Source: the human T2T-CHM13v2.0 reference genome, Homo sapiens
Assembly (NCBI GenBank): GCA_009914755.4
Contig: CP068257.2
Coordinates: 26,944,001-27,008,000 of the forward strand
Reading direction: 5' to 3'
Length of the DNA stretch: 64,000 nucleotides
Shown: positions 1 to 12,376 of the stretch, piece by piece
Numbering within the stretch: the stretch's first letter is position 1
How the letters are laid out: each line of letters begins with the position of its first letter
The notes under the pieces: generated by a model
Seen by the model: only the letters and a program-made list of their open reading frames with translations
Told to the model about the DNA's origin: nothing
Databases searched by the model: none
Made by a program: the position numbers and the translations under genes

Positions 1-314
1 AATAATGGCCTTTGTTCTGGTACCCACGAATCTTATTTTTTTTAACTTTGGAAAAACAGTAAAGGTTCAGTATCTTGTCCCTTAATACCAAAAATGAAGG
101 CCCTTTTGTCAAGCAGTTTCACTGTGCACTGGTTACTACCTTGTCTGAATCTGGTGAGACAGAACATACTTATTCATACACGAGTTATGTGGAGTGGATT
201 CATTATCAGTTTGGTGCAAAAGTATGGCTTTTTTTTTTTTTTAAACAGCTAGGCAGCAAGGAACAAAAGAAGCCTAGGATTCATTGTTAGCAAGTCCCCT
301 GAGACTCAAGAAAG

Positions 315-650
315 GTACCCAGGGCAGAAGGAGTCTGGACTGAGCGTGGTACAATTGCACCACAGCTGAGGTACCCAGGGCAGAAGGAGTCTGGACTGAG
401 CGTGGTACAATTGCACCACAGCTGAGGTACCCAGGGCAGAAGGAGTCTGGACTGAGCGTGGTACAATTGCACCACAGCTGAGGTACCCAGGGCAGAAGGA
501 GTCTGGACTGAGCGTGGTACAATTGCACCACAGCTGAGGTACCCAGGGCAGAAGGAGTCTGGACTGAGCGTGGTACAATTGCACCACAGCTGAGGTACCC
601 AGGGCAGAAGGAGTCTGGACTGAGCGTGGTACAATTGCACCACAGCTGAG
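315..650. repeat. Minisatellite: 6 perfect tandem copies of a 56-bp unit (gtacccagggcagaaggagtctggactgagcgtggtacaattgcaccacagctgag)
   Basis: Directly read: unit starts at 315, 371, 427, 483, 539 and 595, and all six copies look identical. Each unit carries a GGTACC site. The units are contiguous with no spacers, so this is not CRISPR-like. Confidence 0.95.
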
Positions 651-3600
651 GGAAACTTAACCGCAGCCCACCCTGGGTTACATACCTCAAGGGCAATGTC
701 ACTCACTGCACTAAAGCTTTGAAGGAATATACTGCTTCCAGAGGAAAGAGGAACAAAGCCTGTTCTTCCTGAGCAATTTCTCCCTAACTCAAGATGTGAT
801 ATTCCCTAGGAGAGACAGGGAAAAGGCCTAGATCGTTCCAGGCAGCTGCTTTCTATCTCAGGGTATTGTATTCCCATTCCCAGCACATTCTAGTTAGTCT
901 TGAGAACTACAAGCAAGAAAGCGGTAAAAACTAGGTTGGTTTAAAGCCACCTAGAGAATTGCCCTGAACTTTTGTTATCCAGCCAAATTAAAAAGGAAAA
1001 TTGAATCCAATGATCTTAGTAAATTCTGGAATGCAGTGTGAAGCTTGCAATGGCTGATACATTTTAAAAGGGGGGAAAATGTTTAAAATGCCCTAACACT
1101 TATGACTGACAATGTAGATATAATCTTTCACTATGTTCCTAAAGACTAGAGACAGTATTTACAAAATGCAAACTGTATTAGTCTAATTTTTATGCTTTTT
1201 CTTATTATATTATAACCAGCAGAGTGTGATCCAAATTAACTGAAAAGGAGCCACAAACACTGAAGTGGTTATTTCACCAGTTGGGATTAGTTTATTGCTG
1301 AGGGTAATGGAAACTGGAATAGCAAAGGACTGAGCTATTCAGTTTTCTGTTTGGGGACCACTCAGTTCACACAGTTTAAACTGAAGCTGACACTTTAAAT
1401 GAATTTATTAGTCTCGCTTTGTTCCAGGACCAGACGGTAGTCCAGCTCACACTCATAGACATCTCTGGTCTAAATAATTTAATCCAGAAGGGATATATTA
1501 ATATCATTTTTTTTCTCAGATGGTAAGCTTTCCAAGGCCAGTTCTTTGATTTGATGTCATGTTGTCACTTGGAATTGAAACTTCCACTTAAACCACCTGG
1601 GGGGAATCAAGTATGTTTTACCAGTAACATATTATTCTGAAAATTGTGTATCATGGCCTTCAGGGTGAGACTTTTATAAGACAGAGGAGTCACCCTCTAA
1701 AGTTCTGCAGAGGGTCTGCCAGGGCTCTCAGTCTTAGAGCTAAACATTTAAAGTGAGAAGGAAGCCCTCCCAGAGGACTAAGAAAATCAAATTAAGAGTA
1801 CATAGTAGAGAATACATTAGGAAAGATTGAGAGGAAATACTATAATCAGTAGCTTTCTTCATACAAAATAATTTATTTCATTGACTCCAAGATACACAAT
1901 TATTGATATCTTATAAACAGTAGTAGCCAGGCTGTTGTCACAATGTCATTGCCATTGTCTACATATAAATAAATTTGGTGTTTTTCCCTGATGGTATAAA
2001 AAATCAGCCAGCAAACCACCTAAGGACTACTTGAGGAAGAAATATGAATCCTGGTTGTTATCTGAAAACCTTTTATACTAGTTGATAATATCAAGACAGT
2101 ACAACCATCAGGGTTTTACAGAATGGGTGTCATTGAAAGAGAATTTCAGAGACAATAGAGGAATATTCTAAAGAAATGTGGTACTATCAATGCTGTTGAT
2201 GACATAGTGATATTATTGGAAAAACAGTATCAATGAGACTGAGTCAAAAGCTATTTCTGAAGAGTTGCTATCTGAATGTGAAAGCATTTTTAAAATACTT
2301 TGAACAATTTATTTTATTTTTTACATAGCTAAAGAATTATATAAGATGAAAATACATTTCTAAATATGAAAGAGATATTTTAATGATTATAAAATAAAAA
2401 TTCTAGGTGAAAAGAAAGCATTACTACATGATTCAATTGGAAGTGTTTGTTAGTAGTACATAAAATAACGGAGTTTCTTCCAATAGATGGTGTCTTAATT
2501 TAATGACACACAATGGCTGTAGATTATTGAGCAAAATGGCAAGACCCAAGCCAGAAACCCCTTCAAGAATTCTGTCCTCTCTTTATCCAAAGCATGCAGA
2601 CCCTGTGAAAAGTCCTCCCTGCCCTCTGGTCACCACTGAATGAGAAAGTCTGAGGTCATTAAGGGGATCACAGAAGAACATAGACCTTGAAATAGGGCTA
2701 CGTCATCAAAATGAACATCTGAATAAAATCATTTCCTGAACACGTCGTTTCAGGTTTTGCATAAATCATGGTGCTCAAGAGTGTCTCATCATTTTAATTC
2801 TATTAAATGATTTCAGAGAACACGTCTATCTTTGTACCATAATTGGAAGTCTTGTTAAGACAGGTGTGTTTAGCACCACAGCCATATTTTGCCCAAATTG
2901 TGCAGCATTGCATGGTTCTGTGAATGATTTCCCATTGTTATCATAAACAACTGCTATTTTATGCTCAAGAACAGAAAGCATAGCATCTACACCCATACAG
3001 CTCAGTAGTCACATTAACAGGACTTTACTCTTTCACTCTCTGTTAATATAACTTTACTATTTCAGGAGTATAAAAGTTTCTAATCACTTTATTTTTCATT
3101 CTAGGATCATCTTGAAAGGTCCTTCAAATTTTCAATAGAAAGAATCAAAAGAAAATGTACAGGAGTCTCTGAAAGCTACATGCCAAAATCCTCAGAGTGC
3201 ACACCAGTCCTAAACAAATATATCACAGCCCTTATCCAGTCCTAACCTGTACTGAAAAACTCACCTTAAAGTAGACTCCACAGTCTCAAAAATATTCCAA
3301 TTTTGCCCTTTCCAATCTAGGATACTATTAAAATTCTCTCAAGGGAGTTCTTTTCTTACCCTCGTAAGAATAAACTCAACTTTGACTTATCAACAGTTAA
3401 TTTTGGTGGAGCTGCCATTCAACACAAAGATTATTTTGTAAGAATTATCAATAAATTAGGGTGTCAGGAACTTGAATTTAAGTTGTAAAGATTTTATTTA
3501 CAAGAGCAAATCAGTAATAATGGAATCAGTACTTACTAGTACATTGAGGACAGTTATAGTTCTGCTCATAGCTTCTGAGTATAATTGAGGAAGATAAATA

Positions 3601-4249
3601 ATTAAATTAATTCATTATCTCTAAAGCCAGTTGAAGAATTTCTGTTTATAATAATATCTTAGATCAAAGTCTTTCTAAAATATATCTCAAAAATGTCAGG
3701 AAAGCAAAACCTTTTAATTTAGGAGAAAAGCATATAAGAAAGTAAGTGGGGTCACATCTCATTAAAGTGAAAACACCACTCCAGAAAGGAAAGTTCCCCA
3801 CACTCTCAGGATGTCAAAAGGGCCTGGTGGAATGGTGATCAGTGGGCCCAGGGGAGCAGGGTACTGTGGACTAAGCCTTGGACTTGGGCGGAGTAGGAAA
3901 GCAAATTGGAGACAACCCTATGTAAAGCTGGGGCTGATAGAGAGCTGCACTATAACGGAGAGGGTGAAATTGATGAAAAAGGGCACAACCGAGATAGGAA
4001 GCAAAGAAAATCATCTGTCTCTCCAAAACAAGAGAACTAAGTCATCTACCATGACACAAATGTCTACTATGTACCAAAGAAAAAGCCAAAGCTGAGAATT
4101 TTAGTTAAAAGTGGATATGGATAGCACCCATGAATACTTGGCAGAAACAAAGACAATTCCTTTCTAGATAAAAATATCTTCTACTCAAGCCTCACAGGAC
4201 TTAGAGGTGATTGCCAGTATATGCTCACAACTTTCTTAAAAATCAGAAC

Positions 4250-4553
<304 letters not shown>

Positions 4554-4699
4554 TCCAATAAATATATCACCTTCAGTGAAAATCAGCTGAAACACCAAAC
4601 CAGACCCATAAAGGCTCCAGGTATTGGAATTATCAGATAAAGAACATAGAGTACCTATGTTAACATGTGTAAGGAAATCAGAGAAAGATCAAAACAAAA

Positions 4700-5150
4700 C
4701 TACAAAAAATGACAAGGCAGACTTTTTAAAATAAAGAATTTCTAGAAATAAAATTATAAAACTAAAATTTCAAACTCAGTGGAAATATAAAGCAGCAGAT
4801 TACACAAAGTTAGAAATTAGTGAGTTGGATGACATATCTGAAAAAGAGTGTATGGACAATATGAGAGAAAGGTTAACAGACATGGAGGAAAGAGTAAGAA
4901 AGCCCAATATTTGTCTATTCTGAGCTCTAGAAGTAAATTATAGGGAGAATAGGGAAGGGGAAACATTAAAAAAGATAACGGCTAAAAATTTTACCAGATT
5001 ATTGAAAGACATAAATCCTCAGATAAAGAAGTCCAATAAATCTTGAATAAAACAAATTATAACCATATTGAAAGGAAGGAAGAAATCATAAGGCACAGAT
5101 AGTTTAATCCTCCACCACAATAATATCCAGTAAGTAGATATTCCCTAAGA
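4700..5150 (+). mobile_element. Ancient L1/HAL1-like ORF1-derived fragment (family uncertain)
   Basis: Segment ...aaaagataacggctaaaaattttaccagattattgaaagacataaatcctcagataaagaagtcc... parallels the old L1 ORF1 region (ataatggctgagaattttccaaaattaatgacagacaccaaaccacagatccaggaagctcagagaacacc). Highly diverged. Confidence 0.3.
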
Positions 5151-5989
5151 TTCATGAATTATAAGATGGCAGGATGCACATATTATTTATAACACTAGTG
5201 ATACACAAATGCTAGGCGAAAGATAGATTTAAATGTTGCCCCTGGGAAAGATCTGGGAGCAAGAAAGTGGTGGGATAGAGAAATGGTGCATTTGCAATAA
5301 GCATCTTTGCGATGTTTGAATTTCTAAACCAGGATTATGCATTAAAAATTAACTTAAAAAAACTTAAATTAGTGGAGCTAAACATTATGCATATGTTTGT
5401 GAATAAAAAGGCTAAAATTTTCTATCACAGTTTTCAAAGAAAAAGTCTTATACTACCATAAAAAGATTGAAGAGGAATCCATATCTGTCTTTTCAGGCTG
5501 CTACCACAATATCTTAAACTGGTGTTAAAATAAAGCAAAATGAGAACAGCAAAATAACTTAGGTTATTTCTTGCAAATACCTCTGATAATCATAAATAAA
5601 GCTTCAGCTGTCTTCCAAAAATAGTATAAGATGATTGCTTGCTACCAATCCTCTGCCATCTCGAAACCCCCATGGTAACAACGAATCACTGCAAATGCTA
5701 AACAACTACCTCATTTGCATTTTTATAAGCCATCCTATAACGACATGCCTCTGAGTTTCCTCTTATCACTTTCATCTAAGGATTCCTGGTTTGCAAACTG
5801 TTCTTTTGTATCCACAATAAACTTTTAAAACTTTCAATTGTATCTGATTTTATTTTTGACACTGAGTAGAGTATAAATAACAGAAATTTCTTGTTTACAG
5901 TTCTTAACACTGGACAGTCCAAGACACAGACTCTGGTAGAGTCCATGCCTGGTGAGAGCCCACTTTCTGGTTCATAGCATTGTGTCTTC

Positions 5990-6175
5990 TCACAGGGGGG
6001 TAGTGAATGAACTCCCTTGGGCCTCTTTTATAAGGGCATTAACCCCACCCATGAGGGCTCTGCCCTTATGACCTAATCACCTCCCAAAAGGTTCTACTTT
6101 CTAATACCTTGGGATTAGGATTTCAACGTATGAAACGTGAGAGGGTGCAAACATTCAGACCATAGCAGCATCTGT
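5990..6175 (-). mobile_element. ERVL-MaLR LTR fragment (MLT1-like), reverse orientation
   Basis: ttataagggcattaaccccacccatgagggctctgcccttatgacctaatcacctcccaaaagg...gggattaggatttcaacgtatgaa is the reverse complement of the conserved MLT1-type LTR segment (cccaa..catatgttgaagccctaaccccca..gtgatggtatttggag..ggtaattaggtt..tgagggtgggg..ctcatgatgggattagtgcccttataa). Confidence 0.5.
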
Positions 6176-7855
6176 ATATTTTGTGTAAAAATAAAATATT
6201 TATGATTACAAAAAACTAAATTCAAGAAAACCCAGTAAGAGACAGTTTAGCCATAAAAGATAAATTAGCAATCTAAAAATTGCAAGCTATCCTATTTTAT
6301 AGTAACACATGGGAAATGGAGTAGGCATATCAGACAAGGAAATAAACAAAAAAAAAAAAACACTTCAAACCCAGGCTCTATGATCCCACAATGCTTGCTC
6401 TAAACTACTCATGCCAATTTTTACCAAGCTTGATGTTTCCCTTGGAAGATTCAGTCACCTAACCTGGGTTGTGGGTTGTATTAAATTGATTTTTTATTAT
6501 CTTACTCTAATCCTTATAATAGTTGTGATATATTTATATGGTAAATTATAAATATAATAGCTTAATTGGTTGGTTTTTAAACAAATAGATTAGTTCATTG
6601 ATCTACTCACTCCTGGTGATACAGAAAGTATGTGAAATTACTGTTACAAATTTCTAAGACACTCAGTAGTAGGCAACCTAAAAAACTAATTTACTACATG
6701 GGTAAGCCACCTTTTCCTTCTGGCATAGGTTATTTGTTCTTCCTTTCCACAAGTTTCCAATTGTGGTTACTAATGGGTGTGTTCAGCCCCATTTCTTAAT
6801 AATTTACTGTTATCCCGCTAAATGACATTTTCAACTATCTACAAATGCCAGTGGAGTTGGATTTTTTTAATTTAAAAAATTGATCTACAGTCTGTCATCT
6901 CTTCACTTACTATATAATGAAGATTCCAGAAATTCAAAATGCAAACTGAATGTTCAGAAACTCTTCTAAGCCCAAATAGATAAATAAATGATCAAGTTTT
7001 ATTGACCATCATAGTCCCCTAGAGGTGACTCATTTGTTTGCAGAGATTAAAATAGCATACTTTGGTATTCTCCACATGCAGATATATGCAGAGAGCATTT
7101 TGGTCAAAAGACAAGGAAAAGTATGATGTTGCAAGACAACTTGTATGCCAACCCCAGCTGCAGTTGGCAGAAAGATCAGGACTATTAAATGCAGGGGTGT
7201 TCTCTCTTCCTCCCCAGTGAGTGTCTGAAACTAATATAAGCTCTTGAATAGCTAAACATTCATAGATTTCAAAAGACAACTTCTTAGATCTTTTAAAGGT
7301 AGACATAAATTATGTGGCAAATAAAATTCACACATTGTAAAAAGAGACTCTCCACATTCTTGAAGTAATATTTAGGCAAAGTGAAAAAAAAGTGTTGTAA
7401 GAAAGCTGATTTGGGGCACCAAAAAGGCCTATCAAGCTTCTTGCTCTACCCATTACTTCATTTAGTGGAAACTGTCACCCTCACACTACAGGCTCTGCCC
7501 CAGGAGCAACTTTAGGCAGTTCCTTACATATTGATGGTTTATTCCATAACAGCTACACATCTTTTCTGTGACCCAATCCACCTGATTGATCCAGGACAGC
7601 TAAGGGCTGAAAATTTCAAAGTTTGTCATCCCACTCAGTCGGTGACCAGGATTTAACAGAAGTCCTGCCCAATCAGAGATGACGATAAGCAATTTACCCG
7701 ATCAGATTGTTGGGGTGGAGAATTCAAACCAGAAACAAAAGAAGAAAGTCAGTCGATTGATGAAAGGTACAAAAGTTGAAAAACATACAAAGAAAGAGCA
7801 ACATAGATGTAATAATGCAATAGAAGCCATGGGTGAGACAGAAGAAAAGAGCTAA

Positions 7856-8169
<314 letters not shown>

Positions 8170-9333
8170 GAGTTATTGAGCCATACAAAATCATCTCAAA
8201 TTACTATCCCTAAGTGAAAAAACACCAGTCTGAAAAGATTACATACTATATAATTTCATTTATGTAAACTTATAAAAAAGGCAAAACATTATAGTTGATA
8301 AACAGATCAGTGGTTATCAGGCTGTTGAGGAGAGAGGAGGGTTTAATTGGCAAAGTACAGGCAATTTTTTAGGGAAGTGAAACTATTTTGTATTATTCTG
8401 TATTGAGGTATACATGACAATATGTATTTATCAAAACTCATAGAACTGTATAGCACAGAATGGATTTCAACATATGCAGTTTTTTAAAAAAACCATCTAG
8501 GAGATCAAGGGATTCCAAGATGTTACAAAATCATATAACTATATTATAAATATATAAAACAACCTCGCTGAGGGGGTTGGGGGAGAAAGGTATTACACAA
8601 AGTAACTTTGGAAATGAGTGGAGACTGTAAGACAGGCAAAGGAACTTCACATGGGCAATGTACTCTATTGATAAACTCGTTTGCTATGGGCATAGGGGTT
8701 AACAATTCTGAAAGCATTATGCATGTAGGCTGAAATTAAATAATTAAGTAAAGGACAGTGGACAGTGGGAGCCAAGTTTCTCAGTTTTGGCCCAGGAGGT
8801 TACAGACAAACAAAAGAGGAAAACTAGAATGATCCATGTGGTATACTAGATTTGAGTTGGAAAAATCAATATGAACCCATGCTTTGCTTTGATATAAAAA
8901 TGGATACATATAGAAATATTTTTAGATATGTATGTATAGGTTGATCATTACTAATTCAAAAATTCAAAATCCAGAATGTTCCAAAATCTAAAAATTTTGG
9001 AGAACATGATGTCACAAGTGAAAAAATTTCACACCTGACCTCATGAGATGGATTGCAGTCAAAACTCAGGTGCATAACACACAGTTTTCTTTTATTCAGC
9101 ATCCTCAAAGGAAGAAGACTCTCCCAGCTTCCTTCAGCTGCGATATATCTTTCCCACACATTTCCAGATTTCCCCATGCAAACACGCCCACAAAAGGTAA
9201 TAAAATGGCATGTATGGAGGCTGGACGTGCCAATAACAGGTTCCCCATGATGCCCCACATGGAGCTAAGACTAATCTGTGTTACTCTCTGTTTTTGGCTT
9301 TTTGTTTTTTGCTTATTCTTTGCTCTTTGGCAT

Positions 9334-10170
9334 AAAGATATTGTTGAAATGTCAACAAAGCCTGCAGATTCAACTATGGGTAAGATTGATAAGAAAAAGA
9401 GGAAGCATTTATGTTTATCTGTAGCACACAAAGTCAAGCTGTTGAAGAAACTGGACACCAGTGTAAGCGTGAAACATCTTACAGAAGAACATGGTGTTGG
9501 AATGACCACCATACACAAACTGAAGAAACAGAAAGATGAACCATTGAAGTTCTATGCTGATAGTAATGAACACAAATTAATGAAAAATAAAAAAAAACTG
9601 AATAAAGCTAAAAATTAATATCTTGATCATGTGTTGAAAGAGTGATCCATCAACACTGCAGTGAACACATGCCACTTAATGGTATACTGATCATGAAACA
9701 AGCAAAGTTCTATCATGGTGAACTGAAATTTGGAAGGAATTAAAAATACATGCAACAAGCTGGCTGCAGAAATTTAAGAAAAGACACAGCATTAAATTGT
9801 TAAAGATTTGTGGTGATAAAGCATCTGCCAATTATGAAGCAGCAGGGAAATTTATTAACTGATGAGTTTGCCAAAGTCATCACTGATGAAAATCTGGCAC
9901 CAGAACAAGTGCTGATAAAACATCAATGCTTGGGCGTTATTGGTCCAAAAAGACACTTGCTACAGCTGACGAGACAGCCCCTCCAGGAATTAAGGATGCC
10001 AAGGACAGAATAACTGTGCTGGGATGTGCTAATGCAGCAGGCATGCATAAGTGTAAACTCTGCTTAGACAAAAGCTTGCATCCTCTCTGTTTTCAAGGAG
10101 TGAATTTCTTACCGGTCTATTATTATGCTAATAAGGAGTCATGGATCACCAATGACATCTTTTCTGATTA
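9334..10170 (+). pseudogene. Decayed Tigger transposase ORF (CENP-B-like N-terminal DNA-binding region plus DDE region), frameshifted
   Basis: ORF 9043..9618 contains MGKIDKKKRKHLCLSVAHKVKLLKKLDTSVSVKHLTEEHGVGMTTIHKLKKQ. Downstream frames contain WLQKFKKRHSIKLLKICGDKASA and LLTDEFAKVITDENLAPEQV...ADETAPPGIKDAKDRITVLGCANAAGMHKCKL. These are characteristic of pogo/Tigger transposase (CENP-B/jerky family). Multiple frameshifts and stops are present. Confidence 0.75.
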
Positions 10171-10724
10171 GCTTCACAAACATTTTGTTACAGCACCTCC
10201 TGCTGATTGCAGGGAAGCTGGATGGATAATGACTAAATGGCAAGAATGTGTTATTCCTTCACAACTATTTGGCTGATCCTCCAGCTGAAATTCCCATAAA
10301 AAATAATGTCTATACCATGTACTTTTTCCCAAATATGACTTCATTAATTCAGCCAATGTGACCAGATCACATTACATAAAAAAGATTACATATAAAAACA
10401 CTTTCTTGAGCAGCAGGCTAACAGCAGTGAACAGACACTTGGGTATGGAAGGTTTTCAAGAGAAAGTTAGCATGAAAAATGCCATATATATGCTGTTGCC
10501 AATCCTTGGAACACAGTGACTACAGACACAGTTGTTGCATGCCTGGCACAACTTCTGGCCTGTGAGTATGTTCAGTGATAATGATGAACAAGGTGGTGAC
10601 TTTGAAGAATTTTGCACGTCAAGTGAGAAAAAAAAATGATGCATGACGTCCTTACATATGCAAATAATATATTTTCAGAGTCCATCAGTAAGTTGAACAA
10701 ACTGCGTATCTAATAAGATTTTAT

Positions 10725-11490
10725 TAACTCTTATTTTAAGTTCGGGGTACATGTGCAGATTGTTTATACAGGTAAACTCACATCATGGGAGTTTGTTGTA
10801 CAGATTTTTTCATCACCCAGGTACTAAGCCTAGTACCCAATAATTATTTTTTCTGATCCTCTCCCTTTTCCCACCCTCCACCCTCTGGTAGGCTCCAGTG
10901 TCTGTTGTTCCCCTATATTTGCCCATGAGTTCTCATCATCTAGCTCCTACTTATAAATGAGGACATGGTGTATTTGGTTTTCTGTTCCTGAGTTCGTTTT
11001 CTAAGGCTAATGACCTCCAGCTCCATCCATGTTCCTGCAAAGGTAATTGTCTCGTTCTTGTTTACAGCTGCATAATGTTGCATGGTGTGTATGTATCACA
11101 TTTTCTTTATCCAGTCTACTATTGATGGGTTTTTAGGTTGATTCTATGTCTTTGCTATTGTGAATAGTGCTGCAAGGAACATACGCATGCATGTAATTTT
11201 ATGATAGAACAATTATATTCTTGTGGGTATATACCCAGTAATAGGATCGCTGGGTTGAACGGTAGTTCTGTTTTTAGGTCTTTGAAGAATCGCCACACTG
11301 TTTTCCACAAAGGCTGAACTAATTTACACTCCCACCAACAGTGTATAAATGTTCCTTTTTCTCCACAACCTCACCAGCACCTGTTATTTTTTGACTTTTT
11401 AGTAATAGCTATTCTTACTGGTGTGACATGTTATTGCATTGTAATTTTGATTTGCATTTCTCTCATGATCAGCGATGTTGAGGTTTTACA
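10725..11490 (-). mobile_element. L1 (LINE-1) 3' end fragment, reverse orientation, inserted inside the Tigger element
   Basis: The plus strand reads as the reverse complement of the L1 3'UTR and ORF2 C-terminus: ttaagttcggggtacatgtgcag... ...ttccacaaaggctgaactaatttacactcccaccaacagtgtataaatgttcc ... ctcatgatcagcgatgttgag. Confidence 0.85.
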
Positions 11491-11494
11491 CATC

Positions 11495-11810
11495 AATAGT
11501 GAGGCAGTAGTTGTGCAGTCATTGACCAATGGAGCCAAAAAGGTTCTGAATCAAGATGATCTTGATGAGAGTGATGATAAAGATGATGTCATTAACACGG
11601 CAGAAAAACTGCCTGTAGACAATACGTGAAAATGTGTGATGGGCTTATTGAAGGACTAAAACAGCATGTATTTATAACAGAACAAGAAATCATGTCAGTT
11701 TATAAAATTAAAGAGAGGCTTCTAAGACAAAAATCATTCTTAAGGAGGCAGACGACTCTGGAGGAAACATTTTTAAAAGCCATCCGGCAGAATGCCTCTT
11801 ATCCCTAGGG
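11495..11810 (+). pseudogene. Tigger transposase C-terminal remnant, resuming after the L1 insertion
   Basis: ORFs 11423..11629 and 11626..11808 contain [22 protein letters not shown] and FITEQEIMSVYKIKERLLRQKSFLRRQTTLEETFLKAIRQ, the acidic C-terminal region typical of Tigger transposases. Confidence 0.6.
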
Positions 11811-12220
11811 GACTCATTTCCTGGTCTTTCAAATGCTTCTGATGTTTCTTCTCACATAAAAATATAAAATACAGCATACAATAAGCTTTTAATCAAAACA
11901 CGGCATCAGAGGAGGAGACTGAAAGCTTACTGTTGTTGCTGCTGTTGTTGCTGTTGTTTAACAGCTGATCCAGCTATTCTTGGGTTTGATTTTACTGCAC
12001 AAAGGACATGTCGTATTTTTTATTGTTAAGTACTTACATGAATAAGTGTAAGAAAATGATTATTGATCAGTAGCATTTAAATTCAGAGTCAGGAATTATG
12101 GTGATGCCAAACAACCACAGATTATCCACAAAGGTGGACATAGTGGCACCTTTGCTTTCTGATGATTCCATGTAAACAAACTTTGTTTCATGTAAAAAAA
12201 TTATTAAAAATATTATATTA

Positions 12221-12376
12221 GCCAGGTGTAGTGGCACATGCTTATAATCCCAGCTACTTAGGAGGCTGAGACAGGAGAATTGCTTGAACCCGGGAGGTGG
12301 AGGTTGCAGTGAGCCAAGATTTGTGCCATTGCACTCCAGCCTAGGTGACAGAGCAAGACTTTGTCTCAAAAAAAAT
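12221..12376 (+). mobile_element. Free right Alu monomer (FRAM-like) inserted in the Tigger 3' region
   Basis: gccaggtgtagtggcacatgcttataatcccagctacttaggaggctgagacaggagaattgcttgaacccgggaggtggaggttgcagtgagccaagatttgtgccattgcactccagcctaggtgacagagcaagactttgtctcaaaaaaaa is a right-half Alu only. Confidence 0.75.

Noticed and set aside
315-650. Possible CRISPR array (regularly spaced identical repeats)
   Set aside because: Units are directly contiguous with no unique spacers. The unit is 56 bp with no palindromic core. The context is primate DNA, given Alu, L1 and THE1. This is a eukaryotic minisatellite.
274-706. Three overlapping minus-strand ORFs (93-142 aa) with internally repeated peptide sequence
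   Set aside because: They are translations of the 56-bp minisatellite in different phases. 56 is not a multiple of 3, so the frame cycles. No start context and no coding signal beyond the repeat.
9043-9618. 191-aa ORF as a candidate host gene (K-rich, DNA-binding-like)
   Set aside because: The sequence MGKIDKKKRKHLCLSVAHKVKLLKKL...HGVGMTTIHKLKKQ is a pogo/Tigger transposase N-terminus inside a TIR-bounded Tigger element. Downstream frames are broken, so this is a transposase pseudogene, not a cellular gene.
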